From an uncultured virus (IMG/VR IMGVR_UViG_3300025894_001089) (Duplodnaviria > Heunggongvirae > Uroviricota > Caudoviricetes): a DNA stretch of 64,000 nucleotides. Below, one piece after another: positions 27,686 to 37,427 of this stretch. Each line of letters starts with the position of its first letter. The stretch's first letter is position 1. Location of the stretch: the IMG/VR virus record IMGVR_UViG_3300025894_001089, one strand, 5' to 3'. Below the pieces are notes generated by a model, which was not told where the DNA came from, made no database searches, and worked only from the letters and a program-made list of their open reading frames with translations. The translations under genes and the position numbers were made by a program.

Positions 27686-28507
27686 ATGAAATTAAACTTA
27701 TCCCGCATTGAAGAACGAACAGAACTACTTGAAAATCACTTACTTTTCCAAGGCGACTGTCTAAAAACATTAGACCAATTACATATCTTTATGGAACACC
27801 ATGTATATGCTGTATGGGATTTCATGAGTCTTATTAAATCATTACAAATGCATATATGCCCAAGCACTGAGTGCTGGGTTCCTACAAAATGGGCACGTGC
27901 CGGATTAGCACGTATAATCAACGAAATTGTACTAGGTGAAGAAAGCGATATAGACATCGGTGGTGAAAGTAGTATTACACATCATGATTTATATGCACAA
28001 GCAATGTTAGAAGTGGGTTCAAACGGGAGACCATTTGAAGAATTCATTGAACGTGTACGCAATTTAGGATTTAATGACGCAATGGAAAATGCTCATGTTC
28101 CTCCAGCAAGTGCAAGTTTTATGAAGACAACATTTGGATTTATTGACACAAGAAAACCACATGTTATTGCCGGTGCATTTGCATTCGGCAGGGAAAAACT
28201 AATACCTACTATGTTCAGTAGTTTGTTAAGACAAATGAAGTTTACAGAACATGATGCTCCAAAGTTCCATTACTATTTAGAGAGGCATATTGAGCTAGAT
28301 GGCGACGAACATGGCCCTGCGGCAGTGCATCTAGTAGAAACCTTATGTGATAATGATCCAGTAAAAATACACGAAGCAGAAACATCAGCACTTGACGCCC
28401 TTGATGCTCGTATACGTTTATGGGATGCCGTGTATAGTATTATCAACGACCCTGATGAAAAATTTCTATATAGTGAGTTATTTTTAGCAGAAGGTATAGC
28501 CCCATAA
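27686..28507 (+). CDS. Heme-oxygenase-like diiron enzyme (DUF3050-like)
   Basis: FMEHHVYAVWDFMSL, INEIVLGEESD, HHDLY, YYLERHIELDGDEHGP. Confidence 0.8.
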   Translation: MKLNLSRIEERTELLENHLLFQGDCLKTLDQLHIFMEHHVYAVWDFMSLIKSLQMHICPSTECWVPTKWARAGLARIINEIVLGEESDIDIGGESSITHHDLYAQAMLEVGSNGRPFEEFIERVRNLGFNDAMENAHVPPASASFMKTTFGFIDTRKPHVIAGAFAFGREKLIPTMFSSLLRQMKFTEHDAPKFHYYLERHIELDGDEHGPAAVHLVETLCDNDPVKIHEAETSALDALDARIRLWDAVYSIINDPDEKFLYSELFLAEGIAP

Positions 28508-28508
28508 T

Positions 28509-29987
28509 ATGTCCGAAATCGTTTTATTAACAGGACTCGCAGTAACTGGTAGATTATATAGATCTATGGGCGGAGCTCAATTGGCTTGGTGGTTACGGCA
28601 ATCTAACTATGATGTACAAGTAATTGATTTTTTCTGTCAGATGAGCGACGAGGATTTACTTAAACTATACGCAAAGTTTATTACTAAAAGAACAAGAATA
28701 GTGGGCTTTGGAATCATGGGAACATACAATCCTATGATGGGACAACTAGTAAGATTTGTTGAAGAAATGATGCCCACACTTCGCAAGAAATTTCCACATG
28801 TTATATTTGTATGTGGCGGTGCTTGTGCCCAACTTGCAAGTAAACGTTACACACAAGGATCAGGTTTTGATTATTACTATTATGGATATGCAGAAAATAC
28901 TTTTCTAAGTTTATGTAATCAAGTTTTTAGAAAAGGTTCTCAGGTTGATGTAGAAAGAAAACTTGGTAATAGGATTATTAGGGAATCAACTATATGCCCC
29001 TTAGATGAATCATCGTTATTTACAATTAAAAGAGACGGGCATAGATGGCACGATAAAGATTGTATTATGCCTAACGAAAGTTTACCAATTGAAATAGGAA
29101 GAGGTTGTATTTTTAAATGTAAATTTTGTGCATTTCCACATGTTGGTAAAAAGAAAGGTGAGTATACAAGAACGTTACAACACCTAGAAGAAGAAATACT
29201 TAATAATTATTATAAGTTTGGTTCAACAAAATACTATTTGCTTGATGATACATTCAATGATGATGTTGATAAAATTAAAGATTTTAGCGACATGGTACAA
29301 CGTTTACCTTTTAAAATTCATATAGCAGGTTTTTGTAGAGCTGATTTACTTTGGGCTAATCCTGATACTCCACACTTACTTGAAGAAGCAGGAATGATTG
29401 GAACTTACTTTGGTATTGAAAGTTTTAACCAGTGTGCTTCAAAGTTTGTTGGTAAACCTTGGAGTTTCCAACATGCCCAAGACTACCTTATTAAGTTACG
29501 TCATGAGATATGGAAAGAACGTATAAGTTTTCGTACAAGTATGATTATTGGATTGCCTGGTGACGATCGCAAAGATTATATTAAATGGCACAGATGGTTT
29601 GTAGAAAATGAAATTCCAAACTGGAGTTGGCATCCTCTACATCTTGAACGTGATCTACGAGCCCAAAATAATAGTACTATTGACAAGGATGCTGAAAAAC
29701 ACGGATACACTTGGATAACTGAAAATAGTAAAGTTATGTGGAAGCACAAAGAGTCTGGTATGACATGGCGTGATGCAATGGAAATGTATACTGAATTTGA
29801 AGCACTTAAAGCACCATATCAAGTTAAACATTGCTGGGGAGCAATAGAAGAATTTAATTACCTACCACCAGATGCTGATCCTCAGGATCATAACTTTGTT
29901 AAAGTACGAACCCAGCATAACAAACAGTTAAATGAAGATCGCAAAACCTTCTTAAATGGTTATATTCGAAAGTTACTTGCCCTATAA
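28509..29987 (+). CDS. Radical SAM protein with N-terminal B12-binding-like domain
   Basis: EIGRGCIFKCKFC, DDTFN, FGIES, MIIGLPG. Confidence 0.88.
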   Translation: MSEIVLLTGLAVTGRLYRSMGGAQLAWWLRQSNYDVQVIDFFCQMSDEDLLKLYAKFITKRTRIVGFGIMGTYNPMMGQLVRFVEEMMPTLRKKFPHVIFVCGGACAQLASKRYTQGSGFDYYYYGYAENTFLSLCNQVFRKGSQVDVERKLGNRIIRESTICPLDESSLFTIKRDGHRWHDKDCIMPNESLPIEIGRGCIFKCKFCAFPHVGKKKGEYTRTLQHLEEEILNNYYKFGSTKYYLLDDTFNDDVDKIKDFSDMVQRLPFKIHIAGFCRADLLWANPDTPHLLEEAGMIGTYFGIESFNQCASKFVGKPWSFQHAQDYLIKLRHEIWKERISFRTSMIIGLPGDDRKDYIKWHRWFVENEIPNWSWHPLHLERDLRAQNNSTIDKDAEKHGYTWITENSKVMWKHKESGMTWRDAMEMYTEFEALKAPYQVKHCWGAIEEFNYLPPDADPQDHNFVKVRTQHNKQLNEDRKTFLNGYIRKLLAL

Positions 29988-29992
29988 ATGTC

Positions 29993-30021
29993 TTGACAAG
30001 ACTTTAATATTTTGCTATAGT
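29993..30021 (+). promoter_or_regulatory. Sigma70-type promoter for primase
   Basis: TTGACA-N17-TATAGT with TG extension. Confidence 0.75.
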
Positions 30022-30028
30022 ATATAAA

Positions 30029-31036
30029 ATGTGGACTGAAGTACAAAATACACTAACTGGTGTTCTGCCGAGCAAGAAGAAAACGGCTAGTTCTGGCTGG
30101 ATTAGCTTTAATGCTCCGTGTTGTGTACACAATGGAGAAACACCTGACACAAGAGGTCGCGGCGGCGTAATATTTAACGGACAAGGTACAGTTAATTATC
30201 ATTGTTTTAACTGTAGTTTTAAAGCCAACTATACACCTGGACGTCTACTTAACTACAAATTTAAAAAGTTATTGGGCTGGCTTGGAGCCAATGATACAGT
30301 CATTAATAGACTGGTTATTGAAGCGATGCGAGTCAAGGATTTAATTGAACCAGAAGATATTGAAGAACCGCACACTGAAGAAATTAATATTAATGCAAGA
30401 AGTTTGCCCAACAATCTTATTAACTTAAAAGAAGCAATAGCATTAGGTGAACAACTTCCTGATGAGCTAGGAAAGGCTGTAGATTATGTCAACCGCAGAG
30501 GCGTTAATCTTAACAAGTATACTATCCACTGGACTAGTGATACTCATAACAATATGCATAGGCGAGTTGTTATTCCTATTACGTGGAAAAAGAAAGTAAT
30601 GGGTTATACTGCAAGATCGTTTGACGATGTTGTTAAACCCAAGTATCATAATAACTATGAATCAAAGTTGGTTTATAACTTAGATAACCAACACTACGAT
30701 AATGAAATTGCAATAGTATGTGAAGGTCCATTTGATGCACTTGCAATTGATGGTATTGCTACTCTTGGTAGTGAGATCAATAATATTCAAGCACAGCTCA
30801 TTGAGAACCTAGATAAACATATTATAGTTGTTGCTGATACTGATGTGTCAGGCGACGGATTAATTAAGGCCGCACTGAAAAACGGTTGGTCAGTTAGTTT
30901 TCCAGTTTGGCAGAAAGATTACAAAGATGTGTCAGAAGCAGTTGAACATCTTGGAAAACTATTTGTAATGAAAAGCATTATAGACGGTGTTGAGACAAAC
31001 CCGTTGAAAATCAAACTTAGGAGAAAGATCAAATGA
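30029..31036 (+). CDS. DNA primase (Zn finger + TOPRIM; T4 gp61-like)
   Basis: APCC...HCFNC; GYTARS; CEGPFDAL; DTD. Confidence 0.88.
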   Translation: MWTEVQNTLTGVLPSKKKTASSGWISFNAPCCVHNGETPDTRGRGGVIFNGQGTVNYHCFNCSFKANYTPGRLLNYKFKKLLGWLGANDTVINRLVIEAMRVKDLIEPEDIEEPHTEEININARSLPNNLINLKEAIALGEQLPDELGKAVDYVNRRGVNLNKYTIHWTSDTHNNMHRRVVIPITWKKKVMGYTARSFDDVVKPKYHNNYESKLVYNLDNQHYDNEIAIVCEGPFDALAIDGIATLGSEINNIQAQLIENLDKHIIVVADTDVSGDGLIKAALKNGWSVSFPVWQKDYKDVSEAVEHLGKLFVMKSIIDGVETNPLKIKLRRKIK

Positions 31037-31701
31037 AGTATAAGAAAATCCATTGTCATGGTAGTACTTTTACATGTGGGAAAGGTCTCAGCGATCAGAA
31101 TAAAGAAAATTATGCACAATTGATGTATAACGCAACAGGAATACAATGTATCAATCAAGGCTTTAATCAGAGCAGTAATGAAGATACTTTTCTTCGTGCT
31201 AGTGTTAGCATATTAGATGCTGATGCAGATCTTATTATTGTTGAATGGTGTGCTCCAGGTAACCAACGTTATTATCCAAATCATGTTACAGTAAAAACTA
31301 TGGAAGTGCATGAACACGATACATTGTATAATCAATATTATAAGCTGAGTCAGTTCTTGCCGTTGTTAGACAGCATGGCTTTTCAAATGCGTAAAAAGAT
31401 TCTACATTTTACAAGCAACTTGTTTATTGATGAGGAGTTTTTAAAAATTCCTCTACCTCCTCTTAACAAAGAAGATATTACACATATTGGTGGCAAAACA
31501 CGTCAAGCAATTCAAGTTAATCCCAGTAAACCGGATATTACTGCTGAACGTGCTTCGTTAAATAGTATACGTACATTGTTGCTAACTATTCGACGTACAG
31601 ATTGGATAAACTTAACTGATAACGTTGAAAGTAAATGGGGAGACCTAAGTCTCGACGATCAGCATAAGAAAGTGTCAGAGATGTGCTTGGCCGCAATTTA
31701 A
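31033..31701 (+). CDS. SGNH hydrolase-like protein, degenerate
   Basis: HGSTFTCG, NQGFNQSSN, DLIIVEW. Confidence 0.45.
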   Translation: MKYKKIHCHGSTFTCGKGLSDQNKENYAQLMYNATGIQCINQGFNQSSNEDTFLRASVSILDADADLIIVEWCAPGNQRYYPNHVTVKTMEVHEHDTLYNQYYKLSQFLPLLDSMAFQMRKKILHFTSNLFIDEEFLKIPLPPLNKEDITHIGGKTRQAIQVNPSKPDITAERASLNSIRTLLLTIRRTDWINLTDNVESKWGDLSLDDQHKKVSEMCLAAI

Positions 31702-31710
31702 GGAGAGCAA

Positions 31711-32604
31711 ATGAATCAATTTTGGATAACAGGTAATCCCGGAAGCGGTTATCATTTGATAGAAGCACTAATAAGGTTTTGCAGTGGATTAGACTTTGAT
31801 AAAAATCTACAACCGCTGGAGCCTTTGCACTGTTTTCATAGACATCATCAGACGCAATCATTGATACCTACAATGGAACTGCAAGATAATCGCTCAACAT
31901 TGCAACAGTTAGTCCAACCAATTGACAATAATAATCCAAGGGTAGTTACAGTAACAGCACCAATGGCTGAAACTGGAATTGACGCTGTCTTCAATATAGT
32001 AAAAGATAGAGGTCATTTTATTTTTTTAAATGCACAAGATCCTGTTTTTGGAATTGTGTTTTCGCAGACGTCCAGTAATGATCCACGTAAAAATGCTATA
32101 TCGTTTATGCCTAACAATAATGTTAAGCAATGGAACAGTGAAGCTGAAGTTTTTACAGACCTTGAAAGATGGGAACAACGTGAATATCTAAGTTCGTTTA
32201 TTGAACACTATTGGACAGAACTAGAAAGCCAACGACAATTAGCAATGTCATATGGAGCCACTTGTTATTTTACTGAATCGTTTATGACAGATCCCGACAG
32301 AGTTTGTCGAGCAGTGTTTGAAAAGTTTGAAATACCAATAGCCGACGAACAAACGTTTGATATTCTAATAGAGCTGTGGAAACATCATTGCACACAAACA
32401 ATATCCGATTACCAAAGTATTAATTCTTGGAAACATGCTTTGGTAAATGAATCTGAATATGATTCCCAAATACCATTGCGTTCTTTAGTATATGAAGCTA
32501 TAATACAAAGACATATCAGAACTGAACTTAATACTGAACTCAGGTGTGCTGGGCTAAACACATGGCCTACTACTGTCAGAGAACTAAAGGAATACTATGA
32601 CTGA
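31711..32604 (+). CDS. Hypothetical protein (possible sulfotransferase/P-loop-like)
   Basis: N-terminal GNPGSGYH; AAGGAG RBS. Confidence 0.5.
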   Translation: MNQFWITGNPGSGYHLIEALIRFCSGLDFDKNLQPLEPLHCFHRHHQTQSLIPTMELQDNRSTLQQLVQPIDNNNPRVVTVTAPMAETGIDAVFNIVKDRGHFIFLNAQDPVFGIVFSQTSSNDPRKNAISFMPNNNVKQWNSEAEVFTDLERWEQREYLSSFIEHYWTELESQRQLAMSYGATCYFTESFMTDPDRVCRAVFEKFEIPIADEQTFDILIELWKHHCTQTISDYQSINSWKHALVNESEYDSQIPLRSLVYEAIIQRHIRTELNTELRCAGLNTWPTTVRELKEYYD

Positions 32605-33979
32605 TTATACACCAGACTTACAAAAATTATTCTTAGAAATGTTGATGGACGACGCACAAAGTTTTGTTCGTGTTGCAAACATTTATAATCCTAACAACTT
32701 TGATCAAGGATTAAGACCAACTGCTGAGTTCCTTAAAGACCATAGTGAAAAGTATAAAGTTCTTCCAACGCACGATCAAGTAAAAGCACAAACTGGTGTA
32801 GATCTAAAACCACACACAGACTTATCTGAAGACCATTATGATTGGTTTATGGCTGAGTTTGAAGCATTTACAAGACGTGGTGAATTAGAAAGAGCAATTC
32901 TTAAGAGTGCCGACTTATTAGAAAAAGGCGAATATGATCCAGTTGAGAAACTGATCAAAGATGCAGTGCAAATAAGTCTTACAAAAGATATGGGTACTGA
33001 TTATTTTGCAGATCCACGTGGTAGATTGATGGCTGTTAAGAGCAACAACGGTCAGGTAAGTACAGGCTGGGAAACACTTGATAAAAAACTATTTGGTGGA
33101 ATGAATAGAGGCGAGTTGAATATCTTTGCAGGTGGCAGTGGATCTGGTAAAAGTTTGTTTATGCAAAACATAAGTCTAAATTGGATCACACAAGGTGTTA
33201 ACGGAGTGTACATTACACTAGAACTTAGTGAAGAGCTTTGTGCAATGAGAATGGATGCAATGACAGCAAATATTGCAACCAGCCAAATATTTAAAGATCT
33301 TGACACACTTGAAATGAAGATTAAGATGGCAGGAAAGAAAAGCGGAAAATTCCGTATTAAGTATATGCCAGCACAAAGCAATGTTAATCAGATTAGAAGT
33401 TATCTTAAAGAACTTCAAGTACAGACTGGCATGAAAGTTGATTTTGTAATGATTGACTATCTTGATCTTGTTATGCCAGTTAGTGCAAAAGTAAGTCCAA
33501 ATGATTTGTTTATTAAAGACAAGTATGTAAGTGAAGAACTACGTAATTTATCAAAAGAACTAAACGTATTAATGATTACTGCATCACAGTTGAACAGAAG
33601 TGCAGTTGAAGAAATAGAATTTGATCATTCGCATATTGCTGGTGGATTGAGTAAAATTAATACTGCTGATAATGTTTTTGGTATTTTTACAAGTCGTGCA
33701 ATGCGTGAACGTGGTAGATATCAAATACAGTTAATGAAAACAAGAAGCAGTAGTGGTGTTGGTCAAAAGGTAGACTTAGAATTTAATCTAGAAAGTTTAC
33801 GTATTACAGATCCCGGTGAAGAAGGACAAGATAGAGGTCCAGTTGAAGCAAGTAGTGATATACTTGGAAAGATTAAAACTTCTAGTGTAACTGACAAACC
33901 TAACTTGGATACAGCCAAAGTTGGTGCAAGTGTAGACGGTAGCAAGTTAAAGAACATGCTGGCTGGTTTAAAATCATGA
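32597..33979 (+). CDS. Replicative DNA helicase (DnaB/T4 gp41-like)
   Basis: GGSGSGKS, ITLEL, IDYLDL, TASQLNR. Confidence 0.93.
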   Translation: MTDYTPDLQKLFLEMLMDDAQSFVRVANIYNPNNFDQGLRPTAEFLKDHSEKYKVLPTHDQVKAQTGVDLKPHTDLSEDHYDWFMAEFEAFTRRGELERAILKSADLLEKGEYDPVEKLIKDAVQISLTKDMGTDYFADPRGRLMAVKSNNGQVSTGWETLDKKLFGGMNRGELNIFAGGSGSGKSLFMQNISLNWITQGVNGVYITLELSEELCAMRMDAMTANIATSQIFKDLDTLEMKIKMAGKKSGKFRIKYMPAQSNVNQIRSYLKELQVQTGMKVDFVMIDYLDLVMPVSAKVSPNDLFIKDKYVSEELRNLSKELNVLMITASQLNRSAVEEIEFDHSHIAGGLSKINTADNVFGIFTSRAMRERGRYQIQLMKTRSSSGVGQKVDLEFNLESLRITDPGEEGQDRGPVEASSDILGKIKTSSVTDKPNLDTAKVGASVDGSKLKNMLAGLKS

Positions 33980-35010
33980 TCACGTATGAAGATATACGTG
34001 AAATACATCTTGAACTAACTACACTATGCAATGCAAAATGCCCACAATGTCCACGCAACTTTAATGGATTCACCTTTAACGACGGATATCCTGAAACTTA
34101 TATGACGCTGGATCAAGCCAAGCATATATTTAATCCTACTTTTCTCAAGCAACTTACACAATTTACAATCAATGGTAACTATGGAGACATGGTAATGAAT
34201 CCAGATTCTGTTGACATTGTTGAGTACCTTAGAGAAACAAACTCAGATGTAGAAATTATTATCAGTACCAATGGAGGTGCTAGAAACAAAGAGTTTTGGC
34301 AAAGACTTGCTAAAGCAAATACAAAAGTATACTTTGATCTTGACGGTATTGATGAAGTACACAGTTTATACAGACAAAATACTCGATATCAAACAGTTAT
34401 TAAGAATGCATTAACATATATTGGTGCAGGCGGCCATGCTATATGGAAATGTATTAAATTCAAACACAATGTACATCAAATTGAAGAAATGCGCCAATTG
34501 AGTGTTGATTTTGGTTTTAAAACATTTGAACTGATTGAGCATGGACGAGATACAGGTCCAGTGTTTAACGACAACAAAGAACTAACACACATACTAGGAG
34601 ATTACAACGGTACAACAGACTTTGAAACTATGTTTGTTGATGAACGTTCTGAATCTCGTACTGTAGATAATACAGCCTGGCGGTTTGATCCAACAGTTGA
34701 CGATATTCAACTTGGGTGTGATACATTACAGAACAACAGGATTTATATTGCGGCCAATGGCGATGTTGCTCCTTGTTGTTATACTGGTTTCTTTCCAAAT
34801 ACATATGGTAAAAAAACATATATGGAACCATTAAATGCCCAGTTAACTGAGTTAATGTCAGAATATAATGCACTTGAACATGATATAGAAACATGTATCA
34901 AATGGTTTAATGGTTTTACAGACCTATGGAAGAAGAAAAGTTATAAGGATGGGCGTTTATTGGTCTGTGATGAGAACTGTGGGAGCACCAATTGTTCTCA
35001 AAAACAATAA
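33976..35010 (+). CDS. Radical SAM protein with twitch/SPASM-like domain
   Basis: CNAKCPQC; STNGG; GDVAPCC; C-terminal CDENC. Confidence 0.88.
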   Translation: MITYEDIREIHLELTTLCNAKCPQCPRNFNGFTFNDGYPETYMTLDQAKHIFNPTFLKQLTQFTINGNYGDMVMNPDSVDIVEYLRETNSDVEIIISTNGGARNKEFWQRLAKANTKVYFDLDGIDEVHSLYRQNTRYQTVIKNALTYIGAGGHAIWKCIKFKHNVHQIEEMRQLSVDFGFKTFELIEHGRDTGPVFNDNKELTHILGDYNGTTDFETMFVDERSESRTVDNTAWRFDPTVDDIQLGCDTLQNNRIYIAANGDVAPCCYTGFFPNTYGKKTYMEPLNAQLTELMSEYNALEHDIETCIKWFNGFTDLWKKKSYKDGRLLVCDENCGSTNCSQKQ

Positions 35011-35070
35011 CAAAATAATCTAAAGACAATAAATACAAACAACTACAACTATTTTAAATGAGGTATTCCC

Positions 35071-35322
35071 TTGCAAAAGAAAACACGTAGTATCTTGGAT
35101 GAGCTGTCTGAAATTAGATTAACGAAATCTGTAACAGACAAAGGCAATATTGTTGAGAGTAGAGGATTGAATGTAATTAATAGTTGCATCAATCTTATCA
35201 ACAATATCCGTGAGAATTATGACCCTGATGTCGCCCTAGATTTAGAGCGTCGCCTGTTGAATAGTATAAAAGCCCAAGATACCGCCAAGTTCAGCAGAGG
35301 AATAAAAAGGGCAAAAAAATGA
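35071..35322 (+). CDS. Hypothetical late protein
   Basis: TAAATA at about 35030; GAGG RBS; TTG start. Confidence 0.65.
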   Translation: MQKKTRSILDELSEIRLTKSVTDKGNIVESRGLNVINSCINLINNIRENYDPDVALDLERRLLNSIKAQDTAKFSRGIKRAKK

Positions 35323-36293
35323 ATTTAGACCATATTCTAAATAAAGAACAGCTTGATGAAGAGCGAAGAAGATTAGATCCTAAATGTTGGAAAGGCTATA
35401 AAAAGCAAGGAACCAAAATGAAAGGTGACACAAGAGTTAATAATTGTGTTCCGGAGTCAGTTACAACCGAATCTAAAAAAGACACACACTGTTCAGACAA
35501 GTGCTGTGGTGCAGACGTTAAAAGAGAAGACTGTAAATGTCCTGCAGATTGTCCACATTGCAACTGTAACGATCCTAAAGTTGCAGAAGGCAAAAGCCCA
35601 CACAAAAAAGGTACTAAAAAGTACAAGAAGCATATGGCGGCAATGCATGCCGGAATGGGCGAATCAGTAAGTGAAGATGATACTGACTACCCACAAGTAG
35701 TAAATAGAAATATTGACCAAAAGAATGTTATGGACATTCTTCGCAAGTTTCCAGCAGAAACTAAAAAGATGCAAATGGATGGCGATGTATTTGCAATTTA
35801 TGATACAGATTTATATATGGCCCTGTTTGATTACTTTTCAGAAGATATGCCATATGGTACACAAAAAGGTAGAGACGGGGATCCAGTAGAGTGGATCAAT
35901 GACGAACTTGATAGCCTAGGACTACTAGACGAAATAGTTGAAAACAATGAACTTACGTTTGAAGATGATGACAAGTTCTTTGAAACATTTGGCGAACTAG
36001 GATATAGCATAGACGAAAATGATTTATTTGAAGCAGAGTATCAAGGACGTAAAGTTAAACTTAACAAGCCTATGCAGGGTGATGTTAAGAAGTTTAAGGT
36101 ATATGTAAAAGATCCTAAAACAGGTAACGTAAAAAAGGTTAACTTTGGACATGGCGGAAGTAGTGTTAAAGGTAAAGCAATGAAGATTAGAAAGAATAAT
36201 CCTAAAGCTCGTAAGAGTTTTCGTGCTAGACACAACTGTGACAATCCAGGACCGAAAACCAAGGCCAGATATTGGTCTTGTCGTAAATGGTAA
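35319..36293 (+). CDS. Modular virion/head-associated protein
   Basis: CWKGY module, Cys-rich module, C-terminal KVNFG...RKSFRARHNC...ARYWSCRKW module. Confidence 0.65.
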   Translation: MNLDHILNKEQLDEERRRLDPKCWKGYKKQGTKMKGDTRVNNCVPESVTTESKKDTHCSDKCCGADVKREDCKCPADCPHCNCNDPKVAEGKSPHKKGTKKYKKHMAAMHAGMGESVSEDDTDYPQVVNRNIDQKNVMDILRKFPAETKKMQMDGDVFAIYDTDLYMALFDYFSEDMPYGTQKGRDGDPVEWINDELDSLGLLDEIVENNELTFEDDDKFFETFGELGYSIDENDLFEAEYQGRKVKLNKPMQGDVKKFKVYVKDPKTGNVKKVNFGHGGSSVKGKAMKIRKNNPKARKSFRARHNCDNPGPKTKARYWSCRKW

Positions 36294-36314
36294 TATGAGA
36301 AGGCATGACAAGCA

Positions 36315-37427
36315 ATGAAAATAAATGAAATTATATTAAAAGAACAACAGCTTGATGAGTTAAACCCGTTGACACCATCAACTACTGCGGCTGGTATTAC
36401 TAATATAGCACGTGGAGCAAAAGGTGCAGTTAGTGCATTAGTCAAAGGACAAAGCCCAACAGCCGGTGCAAAAGCAGGTGTTGCCAAAGGTGAAGCTGGT
36501 GCAATGATTAAAAAGTTAAGCGATCAAACATTTGCACGATGGAACGAAAAGATTCAAGCTAACGCAGACTTAAACACTGATACTGAGCTCGTTAAGTTTA
36601 TTGCTCAATTCCGTAAACACGCTAAAGATGATCCATGGCCAGGACCACAAAAAGGCACAGCCGCAAACGTTGGCAAGACTAGAGAATATATCAAGCAGAT
36701 GGTTAGTATTGAATTAGCCGCTGGTGAGTTTGGCAAAAAAGAATTAGCTGGTGACGATGCAGGAGGTGCTACTCCTCCTGCACCCAAGGATAATCCAGCA
36801 GTGCTTGAACCAGGCGACAAAGGTACTAAAGAAGTTACCACTAAAGATCCAAAAGATATTCCAGTTGGAACACAATACACTATTAAACAAAGCGGCGGCG
36901 GCACAGCCACGTATAAGTGGGAAGGTCAACAGTGGACTAAACTTATGCCTTCGGGCAAGTTCCAAGGCGGACAAATCAAAAACGATCTAGCATTTAAATT
37001 GTACTTGTCAGCAGTTGACCAAGGAACAGCATTAGCACCTGTTAGTGCTCAACCAGTTCCTGCACCAGCAGGATCAGAAAAGCCCGCGGCACCAGTTGAT
37101 GCCAACAAAGACGGAAAAGATGATGCAACTGGAGAGCCAATGCCAGCACCAGTTGATGCCAACAAAGACGGAAAAGATGATGCAACTGGAGAGCCAATGC
37201 CAGTTGATAAGGACGGCGACGGTAAACCAGATCCAAATGATATCAATGCACAAGTTGATGCTAACAAAGACGGACTTGACGATAAAACTGGAGAGCCAAT
37301 GAAAACTGACGGTGATGCTGAAGCAGGTGCCGCAGATCCTGCAGAAATAGATAGTATGAAAGCTGAAATTGGTAAAGCAAATAAATCAGCTCTACAAAAA
37401 TTAAAGACAGCATTAGGAATGAAGTAA
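36315..37427 (+). CDS. Putative internal virion protein with DxNxDG repeats
   Basis: MKINEI N-terminus; Ala/Gly/Pro/Asp-rich. Confidence 0.6.
   Translation: MKINEIILKEQQLDELNPLTPSTTAAGITNIARGAKGAVSALVKGQSPTAGAKAGVAKGEAGAMIKKLSDQTFARWNEKIQANADLNTDTELVKFIAQFRKHAKDDPWPGPQKGTAANVGKTREYIKQMVSIELAAGEFGKKELAGDDAGGATPPAPKDNPAVLEPGDKGTKEVTTKDPKDIPVGTQYTIKQSGGGTATYKWEGQQWTKLMPSGKFQGGQIKNDLAFKLYLSAVDQGTALAPVSAQPVPAPAGSEKPAAPVDANKDGKDDATGEPMPAPVDANKDGKDDATGEPMPVDKDGDGKPDPNDINAQVDANKDGLDDKTGEPMKTDGDAEAGAADPAEIDSMKAEIGKANKSALQKLKTALGMK
37089..37202 (+). repeat. Perfect 57-bp tandem repeat x2 (APVDANKDGKDDATGEPMP) with degenerate copies to about 37285
   Basis: 37089-37145 is identical to 37146-37202. Confidence 0.9.
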
